DNA of 64,000 nucleotides from Candidatus Krumholzibacteriota bacterium (GTDB lineage: Bacteria; Krumholzibacteriota; Krumholzibacteriia; JAJRXK01): positions 115,478-179,477 of the forward strand of contig CAVSGG010000007.1 of the NCBI GenBank assembly GCA_963727455.1, given 5' to 3'. The position numbers and the translations under genes were made by a program. The notes below the pieces were generated by a model that saw nothing but the letters and a program-made list of their open reading frames with translations, searched no databases and was not told the origin of the DNA. Numbering within the stretch: the first letter of the stretch is position 1; each line of letters begins with the position of its first letter. Below are positions 29,913-39,846 of this stretch, piece by piece.

Positions 29913-30098
29913 ATGACCAAGTCCGAAGACTCGTCCCTGGTGAAGGAAAAACATTTCGTGCGTTACGATCAACTCATCGAAAAAGCGGAACGAGAGGGAC
30001 GGTTGAACGGTTCCTACCGTTGCCTGGTGTGCGGAATGCGATACAACCTGAAAGAGGAAGCAGAGGACTGCTGCAAGGTCGTCGCGTCCCGAAGGTAA
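29913..30098 (+). CDS. Small Cys-rich zinc-finger-like protein (61 aa)
   Basis: GGAGG RBS; YRCLVCGMRY...EAEDCC. Confidence 0.65.
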   Translation: MTKSEDSSLVKEKHFVRYDQLIEKAEREGRLNGSYRCLVCGMRYNLKEEAEDCCKVVASRR

Positions 30099-30127
30099 GC
30101 GAAACCCCACGGGAAAGATTATTCACC

Positions 30128-30511
30128 ATGCCACAGCAGGGCACTGCTATGCGCCAGTACTGTTCGGTTTGCAAGGATCACCTCGAGATGACGGTGGTCA
30201 GCGATACCAGCGAAGACGGAGTCATCTGGCTGAAGTGTCCGCGCTGCAAGGGCATCCTTCCCCACATGGAGGAGACGGGGGAAGAAAGCGCTCAGCCTGC
30301 CCCGGAAGATCCCCTCGAGGAAATCGACATCAGCAAGGCGGTGCCCTACGATTCCACGCGGGTGTATGAGGTGGGGGATATCGTCCACCATCGCAGTTGG
30401 AACGACTATGGTGTGGTGTTGGAGATCGTCGATCTTCCCGGAAACCGGCGCACGGCCCGGATTCGTTTCAGCGAGCACGGCGAGATCCAACTCATCATGG
30501 GTGAGCGCTGA
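30128..30511 (+). CDS. Zinc-ribbon plus Tudor/SH3-like (PcrA/UvrD C-terminal-like) protein
   Basis: CSVC...CPRC; YEVGDIVHHRSWNDYGVV...ARIRF. Confidence 0.65.
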   Translation: MPQQGTAMRQYCSVCKDHLEMTVVSDTSEDGVIWLKCPRCKGILPHMEETGEESAQPAPEDPLEEIDISKAVPYDSTRVYEVGDIVHHRSWNDYGVVLEIVDLPGNRRTARIRFSEHGEIQLIMGER

Positions 30512-30554
30512 TCTCTTCGCGCACTACGGTCGCACCTTTCAGCCGGGATGCAGG

Positions 30555-31390
30555 ATGAAGCTGGTGCCGCGGGTCCTGTTTCTACTTGTGGTTCTCTTGG
30601 CACTGTCGGTGCGGGTGGCGACTGCCTCCCCACCGCGGCAGCAACTTCTGCCGCCGGTCCCCCTGGATAACCTCGACTTTCCGCAGCAGTCCACTCCGAT
30701 GGATTTGCAGTTGCAGGTCTACACCCTGGTAGATCGGTCCCGTGTCGAGTGGTATCGCCTGCAGGGTTGGAGAAAGCTGGCGGGTCGGGTGGCCGTCGGA
30801 GGCGGCGTGAGCTACGCCGGGGTGGCGCGCCAGCAGAGGGCGGAGTATGGGGGTGGCCCGGCCTGGGTCGCCCTATCCACCCATTTGGGAGGGGAGGGGG
30901 CGCTGGGCTTTTCGATCGACGTGGACGGGACCTTGCCCCTGGGCGACGAAAACCTCTTCCCCGTGGCGAGCGATGCCTCTTCCATCGGACTTCGATTGCG
31001 GGGCTCGGCGGGCCGCTTCGCCGGCGGGCGGGCTTGGCTGGGCTGGACCGCGCGGAGGGTCTCGCCCCCCCCCAGAACGAGCCCGCACTGGACCGCCCTG
31101 ACAGCTCCTGGCCCTCCGCCAGCTCCTTGATGGCAGCCTGGCACGCACTGGGGCCGCGCCTGGGCGGTGCGGTCTCCGTCCGCTACGACCTGGCGGGAGC
31201 CCCCGAGAGCTTCTGGTTCGAGGGTGAGCTGAGCTGGTTTCCCGTGGCGGATCTGGGACTGAAAGTAGGGGCCAGCGCCTCCACCGGCCCCGCCGAGAAC
31301 CGCCCCATGGACTGGGCCTGGCTCTTCGGGGTGCGTTGGCGTCCCCGCCCTGCGGCGGCCACGACCGGTATCGATTCTTCCGGAAAATAA
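30555..31390 (+). pseudogene. Putative outer-membrane beta-barrel protein split by a frameshift at a C9 tract (31065-31073)
   Basis: Signal peptide and amphipathic strands in ORF 30366..31130 continue after the C run in ORF 30749..31390 (ending WLFGVRWRP...); one added C joins them. Confidence 0.6.
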
Positions 31391-31489
31391 TATTACCGGG
31401 GTGGCTTGTAGGCCGGCCCGCGCTTGGGGTAGAGTGAGAAGTGCCTCCTCTTCCCTTGGATTCCTCGAGCAAGGCAGACGGGTGCGCCC

Positions 31490-34400
31490 GTGAACGAAAA
31501 TCTCATTGCCCAACGCTTTCAACGCCTCCTGCCGCTGCACGAAGACGAGACCCTCGCTTTGGACCTGGCGCGTGACCTCGCCTCCGATTCCCTGGGCTCG
31601 CTCCTGAGTGTTCGCGCCCGCGCAGATTGTCATCACGAACTCGCCATGAGAGTGCGGCTGGCCAGTTTCGCGCCGGGGAAGCTGTTCCGTGAGCTTCCGC
31701 CGCTGGCGGTGGTCGGGTCGCACGACAGTCTGCACTTCTTCTTGCCGCCAATCGAAGCTCATCCCTGGGAAATCCAGCTTTTGGCCTTCGAGGGCAGCCG
31801 GGCCATTCAGGATCTGCGCGTCGTCCTTCAGGGACTCGACGAACTGCTGAAGAAGGGATGCCCTGGGGGGCGGCTCGCTCTCCCCGCGCTCTATCGCGAC
31901 GAGGAGGGTCCCTTCTTCTTGCCCAGTTCCTACGTGCTGCCGCCGGCGCAAATGCACTCCCATCACGATCCCAATTCCTGCCGGCAGGAAGTGTGGAACT
32001 TGCGGGAAGAGCTTTCGGCTCTGTGCCGTCGCTATCTGAAAATGGCGGGCGGACGACTCCAGGCGCTCGAGCGCGAGGAGATCAGCGAACTGCAGCGGAA
32101 GCTAGTGGCCGAGGACAGCGACGCGCCGATGTCCGCGGCACTCTCTCCTCTGGCGCAGGCTCTGGAGTCTTCGCGCGAGGAAGGCGGATGTCTGATTCTC
32201 TCCGGCAGCGATCGGGCTCAGGAAGAGGCTGAGCACCTTGCGCTGCGCTGGGCGCAAACCTCCGAACGCAGGCAAGCCGTTCTCCGGCCGCACGTTTCCT
32301 CCCCTCTGAGCCGCGCGGGTCGTGGCAGCGAGGAGAGTGGGGGGCCGGTCGTGATCTTGCGCGATTTCGCTAGCTATCCCGCGTTCGCCGAGAGCTTGCA
32401 GCGACTCAAGACTGCGGGCTACTGGGGAGGGACCGAGATCCTGCTGGTTCTCATTCCCAAAGGCCACAAGGAGGAAGCGGCACGGCTCTACCTGGATGAT
32501 TTGAGGAGAGGACGCGAAGGCAAGACCTTCGAGTGGATCCTGCCCGAGCCTCCCAAGGAAGTGCTTACGGTCGAAAAGAGCGCGAGCCTGCAGGGGAGAA
32601 TTCTCGAAGCACTACAAGAAGCCGGTCGACCGCTGGCCGCCTCCATGCTCCTGCTCACCCTCTCGGTATCCGAGGAGGAATTCGCCGCGGCCACGACTCG
32701 ACTCTTCGCACAGGATCGGGTGGAGTTCTCCTACGGCTTCGTCGACGAAGTGGGAGCGGTACAGGAACTCGTTCTCGCGCTTCCCCCCCAAGAGACAGTG
32801 GAGTGCACGGCAGAGCGTGCAGCCGAAGTCAACAAATTGCTCGCCGCCTCCCTGGAGAAACTCTCAGGACGCAGCGGTCCGGGTTGTCTCTGGCTCCGGC
32901 TGCGTCACGCCCTCGCCACCGAATCGCCGAGGGTCGGGGCCCTGGCCCGACAACTCGGCGGACTCGCCGAACGCATGGGCGATCCCTTCCTGCAGTACGC
33001 GGTCTACGAGCGCATGCTGGCCGACGGGTACAGCTCGCATCTCAAGAGTGAAGACCGAGCCAAGGCTGCTCTGGTCATGGGAGGTCTGCACCGCCGAGCG
33101 GGTGAATTGACGCGCGCCGAGGAACTGCTCAAGAGCGGACTGAAAGGCATCGCCGACGAGGAGGATCAGAGTGGCCGGCCGCTGGTTCCGATGGCGGCGG
33201 AGCTCACGCTGGAGCTGGGCGCAATCACGCGCGACCGCAACCGGCATACCGAAACCCAAACCCTCATTGCGGAGGCGCTGGAACGTTACGGAGAGGACCT
33301 CCCGACCCATCTTCGCGCCAGGCTCTATCTCGACATTTCCTGGGCGCTTCTGAAGCTGGGTCGCACGCGCGAAGCCGCCAACTACTGCGAGCTCGTGCTG
33401 AAGATCCTGGACGGGGAGAGCTATCCGCACGAAGTCGCCCGAGCGTACAACCAACTCGGCGTGGTCCAGTACGAGGAGAGCAACTACGCGCAGAGCCTGA
33501 TCAACTTGCAGCGCGCTCTCGTGCTTCGCGAGCAGGCGGGGGACGCGATGGGAGTCGCGCGCAGCTACAACAACCTTTCGCTCACCTATCGCAGTTTGGG
33601 CCGACTGGCCGAGGCGGAGCGCTGTCTCAAGCGCAGCCTCGAAGCCAAGGTGAAGGCGGGCGACTCTCTCGGGGTCGCGGTCACCCAACTCAATCTCGGT
33701 CTGCTCGCGATCGATCAACACGAATACCAGCGCGCGCGAGCCTATGCCGCGGAGTGCCTCCACGTCGCCCGCCGCTACCGTCACCGGCAAATGGAAGCCG
33801 AAGCCCACGGCTTACTCGGAGAGGCGGCCATGGGCGAGGGCCACTACCAGGAGGCGCGGGATCTTCTCCTGCGGGATTTGGAACTTTGTCGGGCCCAGAA
33901 CTACGAGACCGAGAGACTGGCCACTCTCAGGCGTATCGTCGGCCTGATGCTGAAACTGAAGAACTTGAAGGAGGCCAAACAGCGGCTCGAAGAGGCGCGC
34001 GAGCTCTTGACCACGGTTCCCTCGCTCTACGAGGCGTCGATGCTCCAGGTCTTCCAGTCCGAGATCCTCCGTCACGATGGCGTGCACCAGCAAGCTCGTG
34101 ATGTCCTGAACAAGGCGGCGCGAAGCTTCGGTGGCATGCGGCGCTACGACTTGCAACTCGACTGTCTGGCGCGCCGCGCGGAGCTCGAATGGGAATTGGG
34201 TCACAAGTCCGAAGCGAGGTTGACCTTCCAGGAGGCACGGGAGCTGGCGATGCGCCACGAGATCCATCGCCTGCCCACCTTCCTTCACGAACTGGAGGGA
34301 CGTTTGGAAGGGAGCCTGATTGGGAGTCCGGCGCCCGCCGCCACGGACCACAAGCTGGAGACGCTCGCCGAACTCTTGGGGCCGGGAGGCGATCTCGAAG

Positions 34401-35812
34401 CCGGACGGCCCGGAGCGGTGCTTCGCATGGTGGCGGCCGTCCTGGCCGCCCCGGAGGTGTATTGGATGCGTACTCCACGCCAGCGCTCACTCGCTCTGGT
34501 GCGCGGAAAAGTCACCGAGCAAGCGGCACCCAACAAGCTGCAGGAACTCGTGTCGAAGACGAAGGCGGGACGGACGACCCCGAGTTTCCAGGAGCGACCC
34601 TTTACCGGGGTGCGCGTACGCGGCGCGGATGTCGGCTGGCTCTGCGTGAAGCGCGATCGTCGGCTCGATGAGGGCGAGCTCGCATTCCTGCTCACGGTGG
34701 CGGGTATCCTGAGTTTGGCGGGACGGCAAGCCACGACCCAAGTCCCCGAGGAATCGTTCGTCACCGAAGAGAAGGAACAGCCTGGCGCCACCTACGGCAT
34801 CATCGGGAACAGTTCCGAGATCCGAGAAGTGTTGCGCATGATCGAAATGGTCAAGGGCAACGACGTAACCATCCTGATTCTCGGAGAAAACGGGACCGGG
34901 AAAGACCTCGTGGCGCGCGCCATCCACAACGCGGGGCCCAGAGCGAAAAGGGAAATGGTGGCGGTCAACTGCGCCTCGATTCCTCCCACTCTCCTGGAGA
35001 GCGAGCTCTTCGGACACGAGAAGGGCGCCTTCACCTCGGCCGTCGACCGCCGCATCGGTCTCTTCGAGCGAGCTCATGGTGGCAGTGTGTTTCTCGACGA
35101 GATCGCTGAGATGCCTTTGGCCATGCAGGCAAAGCTGTTGCGTGTGTTGCAGGACAAGACCTTCACCCGCGTGGGTGGAAGCAAGAACATCAGTTCCGAT
35201 GTGCGGGTCATCGCGGCCACCAACCGGGATCTGACAGAGGAAGTGGAGCAGGGACGCTTCCGGATGGATCTCTTTTACCGGCTCAACGTCATCTCCATTC
35301 GGCTTCCCCCTCTTCGCGAACGGCGAGAGGACATCCGGCCGCTGGTACATCACTTCCTGCTCTCGTTTTCCAGCGAGTTCCGGCGCCCGGTGCGGGGAAT
35401 CACCGAGGAGGCGATCGACCGGCTCATGAACTACGACTGGCCGGGCAACATCCGGGAACTGGAAAACGTCATCAAAAAGGCGATCGTATTCGCGAGCCGC
35501 GACCTCCTGCGGGTAGAGGATTTACCCAGAATGGGTACGAAGGGACTGCGGATGCACCGTCGTCCCAAGCTCGAGGACACCGTGCGGAGCCTCATCGAGA
35601 GCGAGGACTACTCCGCCCAGAGGCCGCTGATGCCGCGTCTCGAGCTGCAAATCGCCTGGGAACTCGTGCAGTCCGTCGGAAACAAGACAAAAGCCGCGCG
35701 CCTGCTGGGGATCACCAAACCCACGCTCTACAGCCGTTTGCGCCGTTATGCCGCCCTCAGTGGCGAAGGCGAAGAAGGAGTGATTTTGCGGCAAAAAAGT
35801 GGGCGAGCCTAG
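31490..35812 (+). CDS. Large sigma-54-dependent transcriptional activator (TPR array + AAA+ bEBP + Fis HTH)
   Basis: GENGTGKD, ESELFGHEKGAFTSA, LDEI, WPGNIRELEN, C-terminal HTH; central TPR repeats (ARAYNQLG, ARSYNNLS). Confidence 0.92.
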   Translation: MNENLIAQRFQRLLPLHEDETLALDLARDLASDSLGSLLSVRARADCHHELAMRVRLASFAPGKLFRELPPLAVVGSHDSLHFFLPPIEAHPWEIQLLAFEGSRAIQDLRVVLQGLDELLKKGCPGGRLALPALYRDEEGPFFLPSSYVLPPAQMHSHHDPNSCRQEVWNLREELSALCRRYLKMAGGRLQALEREEISELQRKLVAEDSDAPMSAALSPLAQALESSREEGGCLILSGSDRAQEEAEHLALRWAQTSERRQAVLRPHVSSPLSRAGRGSEESGGPVVILRDFASYPAFAESLQRLKTAGYWGGTEILLVLIPKGHKEEAARLYLDDLRRGREGKTFEWILPEPPKEVLTVEKSASLQGRILEALQEAGRPLAASMLLLTLSVSEEEFAAATTRLFAQDRVEFSYGFVDEVGAVQELVLALPPQETVECTAERAAEVNKLLAASLEKLSGRSGPGCLWLRLRHALATESPRVGALARQLGGLAERMGDPFLQYAVYERMLADGYSSHLKSEDRAKAALVMGGLHRRAGELTRAEELLKSGLKGIADEEDQSGRPLVPMAAELTLELGAITRDRNRHTETQTLIAEALERYGEDLPTHLRARLYLDISWALLKLGRTREAANYCELVLKILDGESYPHEVARAYNQLGVVQYEESNYAQSLINLQRALVLREQAGDAMGVARSYNNLSLTYRSLGRLAEAERCLKRSLEAKVKAGDSLGVAVTQLNLGLLAIDQHEYQRARAYAAECLHVARRYRHRQMEAEAHGLLGEAAMGEGHYQEARDLLLRDLELCRAQNYETERLATLRRIVGLMLKLKNLKEAKQRLEEARELLTTVPSLYEASMLQVFQSEILRHDGVHQQARDVLNKAARSFGGMRRYDLQLDCLARRAELEWELGHKSEARLTFQEARELAMRHEIHRLPTFLHELEGRLEGSLIGSPAPAATDHKLETLAELLGPGGDLEAGRPGAVLRMVAAVLAAPEVYWMRTPRQRSLALVRGKVTEQAAPNKLQELVSKTKAGRTTPSFQERPFTGVRVRGADVGWLCVKRDRRLDEGELAFLLTVAGILSLAGRQATTQVPEESFVTEEKEQPGATYGIIGNSSEIREVLRMIEMVKGNDVTILILGENGTGKDLVARAIHNAGPRAKREMVAVNCASIPPTLLESELFGHEKGAFTSAVDRRIGLFERAHGGSVFLDEIAEMPLAMQAKLLRVLQDKTFTRVGGSKNISSDVRVIAATNRDLTEEVEQGRFRMDLFYRLNVISIRLPPLRERREDIRPLVHHFLLSFSSEFRRPVRGITEEAIDRLMNYDWPGNIRELENVIKKAIVFASRDLLRVEDLPRMGTKGLRMHRRPKLEDTVRSLIESEDYSAQRPLMPRLELQIAWELVQSVGNKTKAARLLGITKPTLYSRLRRYAALSGEGEEGVILRQKSGRA

Positions 35813-35930
35813 CGCTCCAGCGAGCCATCGGCCCGAAACGAACCAGAAAGTGGTTCCCTCAGCGCACAAAGATCTGTATCATACCAAAAGCTGGCAGTAC
35901 CCTGCCAACGAGCCCAGGAGGAGGGTTTCC

Positions 35931-36293
35931 ATGTTCCGCACTGGCACCATTGCCGTACTTCTCCTCTTCGTCGCACTCTTCACTGCTGTCGCGTTAACGC
36001 CGGCTCACGCCAAATGGGCCGTAAAGGCCACCTTCGATGCGGGGACGCACGAACTCAATCTCGGCACGCAAGTGCTGGAAGTGACCAACAGCAAGCCCAT
36101 CGTCATCACGGTGCAGTCGGGGACGGACCTCATCGCGGGCATCATCGACGCGCTCCAGAAGAACGAGTCCACCCGCGTCCGGATCATCCTCAAGCGTGAA
36201 GAGGATACGCTGCTCTTCGATGGTGAGGTGGCCGACACCGTAGAGTTCAAATCGGCCACCAGCACGGATGAAACCGGGCACTCCGAACTCTAG
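35931..36293 (+). CDS. Small secreted protein (120 aa)
   Basis: AGGAGG RBS; Sec signal peptide ending AHA. Confidence 0.8.
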   Translation: MFRTGTIAVLLLFVALFTAVALTPAHAKWAVKATFDAGTHELNLGTQVLEVTNSKPIVITVQSGTDLIAGIIDALQKNESTRVRIILKREEDTLLFDGEVADTVEFKSATSTDETGHSEL

Positions 36294-36448
36294 GTTTTGT
36301 CCCCAATTCGTTAAAATATTTGCTGAAATATAAAATTCCTTGATGGTGTAGTTTTTTGAACCGTGGACCGGGTCGCAACGGGAATTTTCAACTTCAAATT
36401 TGCCAAGGACTTAGCGCTGCGTTCCCGCGTCGAAAATGAGCGAACAGC

Positions 36449-36463
36449 TGGCACGCGATATGC
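36449..36463 (+). promoter_or_regulatory. Sigma-54 (-24/-12) promoter
   Basis: TGGCACGCGATATGC, exact GG-N10-GC spacing; IHF-like CAAGGACTTA ~40 bp upstream and AT-rich tract 36300-36360. Confidence 0.8.
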
Positions 36464-36475
36464 CATGTATCAAGC

Positions 36476-36650
36476 TCGGATAGGCAAACGAGCCTACTTA
36501 CTGGCGAGGGCGGCTGGAGGTGTGTCAGGAATACGAGGGGCTTTCACCGCTTCGCCAGTAAGGATATCGTGCGAGTGCCATCCGTTGGATCGCGATAATC
36601 GTTGTGCTACCGTGCGCCGGGTCTCTCTTGGAGGCCCGGCGTTCGTGTCT
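36476..36650 (+). ncRNA. Candidate sigma-54-dependent small RNA (~175 nt)
   Basis: Four consecutive hairpins after the sigma-54 promoter, the last an 11-bp GC stem followed by TTCGTGTCTT. Confidence 0.5.
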
Positions 36651-36759
36651 TCCTGGGGAATCGCGGGGAGAATCGCGTCGACACCCCACGGCTTCTGAGC
36701 TAGCGTGTGCCTGATCCAGCTCGAACCCCCTCCTTTTTCCATCGAGGTCAGAACCCGTC

Positions 36760-37536
36760 GTGAAGCCCTGGTGTACGCGGATTCTCGCGAGCGGGTGCTG
36801 GCTCCTCTTGGGCCTACTCGGTACCGCCCACGCGGTAGACTTGCAGTCCTTGCCGGAAATCGGTGCGGTGGTGGACGCCCGGGTTCCCCTGCCCACCGAC
36901 GGTGTGCGGGGCTTTCTCTTCGAGAACGACTCCGTGGTGCTCTTGGCCACCGCCAATAGGGGGCTCTCTGCTCCTGATTCCACCTTTCAGGTCAGTTTGA
37001 TGCGGTGGCAGGCATCGACCGGGAACCTGCGCATCCTGAGCACGCAAACCGACGAGTTCGAAACCGGCTTAAGCTCCGATGGAGAAAACTGGTGGAGCAG
37101 TGGCAGCCTCTTGGGGACGAGCAGCGGGATCTATCAGATTTCCCCGGGCAGCGGCAAAGTCCTGACGACCCTCCCTGCACCAGGTCATCACCCGGGAGGG
37201 ATCGCGTACGACGGGCTGTACCTGTGGGTCGTCGACTGCGACGCGCGGAACATTCTGAGGGTAGATACCGAGGAGGGCCGCGTATCCAAGAAGGTTGCGG
37301 CGCCCGCGTTCTATCCCACGGGCTTGGCCTACGACGGTTACCACTTCTGGTCCGCCGACGCCAGTACGGGCAGGCTCTACCGGCTCTCGGGAACCACCGG
37401 CCGGCGCGATGCCGTGATCGCCAAGGACGCGTTCTACCGACCCGGAGAGTTCGTGAGCCTCAGCTGGGACGGCAAGGGTCTGTGGACCGTGGCCGCCAGT
37501 GACTCCGAGGCTGCCCGCCTGCAGATTCTGCGCTGA
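36760..37536 (+). CDS. Secreted beta-propeller protein (YncE/glutaminyl-cyclase-like repeats)
   Basis: Signal peptide; repeated G[IL]A[YW]DG..[LF]W..D blades. Confidence 0.7.
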   Translation: MKPWCTRILASGCWLLLGLLGTAHAVDLQSLPEIGAVVDARVPLPTDGVRGFLFENDSVVLLATANRGLSAPDSTFQVSLMRWQASTGNLRILSTQTDEFETGLSSDGENWWSSGSLLGTSSGIYQISPGSGKVLTTLPAPGHHPGGIAYDGLYLWVVDCDARNILRVDTEEGRVSKKVAAPAFYPTGLAYDGYHFWSADASTGRLYRLSGTTGRRDAVIAKDAFYRPGEFVSLSWDGKGLWTVAASDSEAARLQILR

Positions 37537-37768
37537 TCTTGGCCCCCTTTTTGCCCCTTGTGGCGCACTGTGGTTTGCTTGACGCCCCCCGTATACCATG
37601 GCTAAGTTGAAGATGTCAGCGGCGAGTTCCTCTCCATGCCGTTGCAAGCGTGCAATCGCAACGGCCTGCTATCACATCAGTTGACACGACCTCCTAGCTT
37701 GGTATGGAGATTGCAGCTCATGCTGTACACGATCTTCCAGCCAAGAGCCCCAATTGCGGGAGAGCACG

Positions 37769-39832
37769 ATGGCAGCGCCAAGCGGTCCATGGACCGATTA
37801 CATCGAGAGTCTTCAGAATACTCAGGCCTATCGCGAGCAACACTGGGAAGGATCCTTCGAGGACTACCTTGCCATAGTTCACAAGGATCCCAAGGTCATG
37901 CGTTCCGCCTATCAGCGGCTCTACGACATGATCATCAGCTACGGGAGTGACGAGTACACCGAGTACAAGAAAAAGATCACCCACTACAACTTCTTCAACG
38001 ATCCCTTCCAGGGCGGACAGGATGCGGTCTTCGGGATCGACATCACGCTCATGAAGCTGGTGAACGTCTTCAAGTCTGCTGCCTACCGTTACGGCACCGA
38101 GAAGCGCGTGATTCTTCTGCACGGACCGGTGGGCTCGGCGAAGAGCACGATCGTGAGGCTCTTGAAGCGCGGAGTCGAAGACTACAGCCGCAGACCCGAG
38201 GGAATGATCTTCTCCTTCTACTGGGATCTCAAGGACGTGCCTGGCATGGAGGAACAGGGTTTCGCCTGCCCGATGCACGAGGAGCCGCTGCATCTCATTC
38301 CCGTGCACGATCGCGAAGAGGTCATGCACAAGCTCATCGGCGATTCTCCCGAACCCTATCCGCTGCGTTGCGAGGGGGAACTCTGTCCTGCCTGCCGCCA
38401 CACTTTCTCACTCCTGATGGAGCACCATGCGGGCGACTGGACCAAAGTGGTGCAGCACGCGCGGGTGAAGCGTCTCATCCTGAGTGAGCAGGATCGTATC
38501 GGCATTGGCACCTTCCAGCCCAAGGACGAAAAAAACCAGGATTCGACCGAACTCACCGGAGACATCAACTACCGCAAGATCGCGATTTACGGCAGCGACT
38601 CGGACCCGCGCGCCTTCAACTTCGACGGGGAATTCAACATCGCCAACCGAGGCATCGTCGAGTTCATCGAGGTCCTCAAGCTCGATGTCGCGTTCCTCTA
38701 TGACTTGCTGGGCGCCAGCCAAGAGCACAAGGTCAAACCCAAAAAGTTCGCCCAGACCGACATCGACGAGGTCATCATCGGTCATACCAACGAGCCCGAG
38801 TACCGCAAGCTCCAGAACAACGAGTTCATGGAGGCGCTGCGTGACCGCACGGTGAAGATCGACGTGCCGTACATCACCAAGCTCGACAAAGAAGTGCTGA
38901 TCTATCGCAAGGACTATTCGGACGAAAAGGTACGCGGCAAACACGTGGCGCCGCACACCCTGGACATGGCGGCGATGTGGGCCGTTCTGACTCGACTCGA
39001 GGAGCCGAAGAAGGCGAAGCTCTCCCTCCTGCAGAAACTCAAGCTCTACAACGGGCATTCGGTTCCAGGTTACACGGACGACAACGTGAAAGAGCTGCGC
39101 AAAGAGGCCACCCGCGAGGGCATGGAAGGGGTCAGCCCCCGTTACGTGCAGGACAAGCTCTCCAATGGTCTGGTGAGCGAGGACATCGAGGGTTGCCTCA
39201 ATCCCTTCATGGTGTTGAACGAACTCGAGTCGGGCTTGAAGCACTCGACCCTCATCACCAACGAAGATCAGAGGAAGCGCTACGCGGACATGTTCATTCA
39301 GGTGCGCGAGGAATACGAGAACGTCGTCAAGAGCGAGGTGCAACGCTCGATCTCGGCTGACGAAGAGGCGATCGGACGACTCTGTTCCAACTACATCGAC
39401 AACGTGAAGGCTTACACGCAGCGCGAGAAGGTGCGCAACCGCTACACCGGCCAGGATGAAGAGCCCGACGAGCGTCTGATGCGGGCCATCGAGGAAAAGA
39501 TCGAGATTCCCGAGAGCCGTAAGGAGGACTTCCGTCGCGAGATCATGAATTACATCGGTGCTCTCGCGCTGGAAGGCAAAGTCTTCAACTACAAGACGAA
39601 CGCGAGATTGCAGAGGGCGCTCGAGCTCAAGCTCTTCGAGGACCAGAAGGACAGCATCAAGCTGAGTACGCTGGTGACCAACGTCGTGGACAAGGAAACT
39701 CAGGAGAAGATCGACGTGGTCAAGGAGAGGCTGAAGCGCAACTACGGCTACTGCGACATCTGCGCCAGCGACGTGCTCAACTTCGTTTCGTCGATCTTCG
39801 CACGTGGTGACGTCCAGGAAGAGTCCCAATAG
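37769..39832 (+). CDS. prkA: PrkA/YeaG family serine protein kinase (AAA)
   Basis: [47 protein letters not shown]. Confidence 0.95.
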   Translation: MAAPSGPWTDYIESLQNTQAYREQHWEGSFEDYLAIVHKDPKVMRSAYQRLYDMIISYGSDEYTEYKKKITHYNFFNDPFQGGQDAVFGIDITLMKLVNVFKSAAYRYGTEKRVILLHGPVGSAKSTIVRLLKRGVEDYSRRPEGMIFSFYWDLKDVPGMEEQGFACPMHEEPLHLIPVHDREEVMHKLIGDSPEPYPLRCEGELCPACRHTFSLLMEHHAGDWTKVVQHARVKRLILSEQDRIGIGTFQPKDEKNQDSTELTGDINYRKIAIYGSDSDPRAFNFDGEFNIANRGIVEFIEVLKLDVAFLYDLLGASQEHKVKPKKFAQTDIDEVIIGHTNEPEYRKLQNNEFMEALRDRTVKIDVPYITKLDKEVLIYRKDYSDEKVRGKHVAPHTLDMAAMWAVLTRLEEPKKAKLSLLQKLKLYNGHSVPGYTDDNVKELRKEATREGMEGVSPRYVQDKLSNGLVSEDIEGCLNPFMVLNELESGLKHSTLITNEDQRKRYADMFIQVREEYENVVKSEVQRSISADEEAIGRLCSNYIDNVKAYTQREKVRNRYTGQDEEPDERLMRAIEEKIEIPESRKEDFRREIMNYIGALALEGKVFNYKTNARLQRALELKLFEDQKDSIKLSTLVTNVVDKETQEKIDVVKERLKRNYGYCDICASDVLNFVSSIFARGDVQEESQ

Positions 39833-39846
39833 CGAAGGCGGCCGGG

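Noticed and set aside
35892-35907. Second sigma-54 promoter TGGCAGTACCCTGC
   Set aside because: GG-to-GC spacing is 9 nt, not the required 10; kept only as a palindrome
36480-36500. c-di-GMP-I riboswitch (GGCAAAC)
   Set aside because: Lacks the GNRA-capped P2 and the downstream GACGCAAAG/P3 elements
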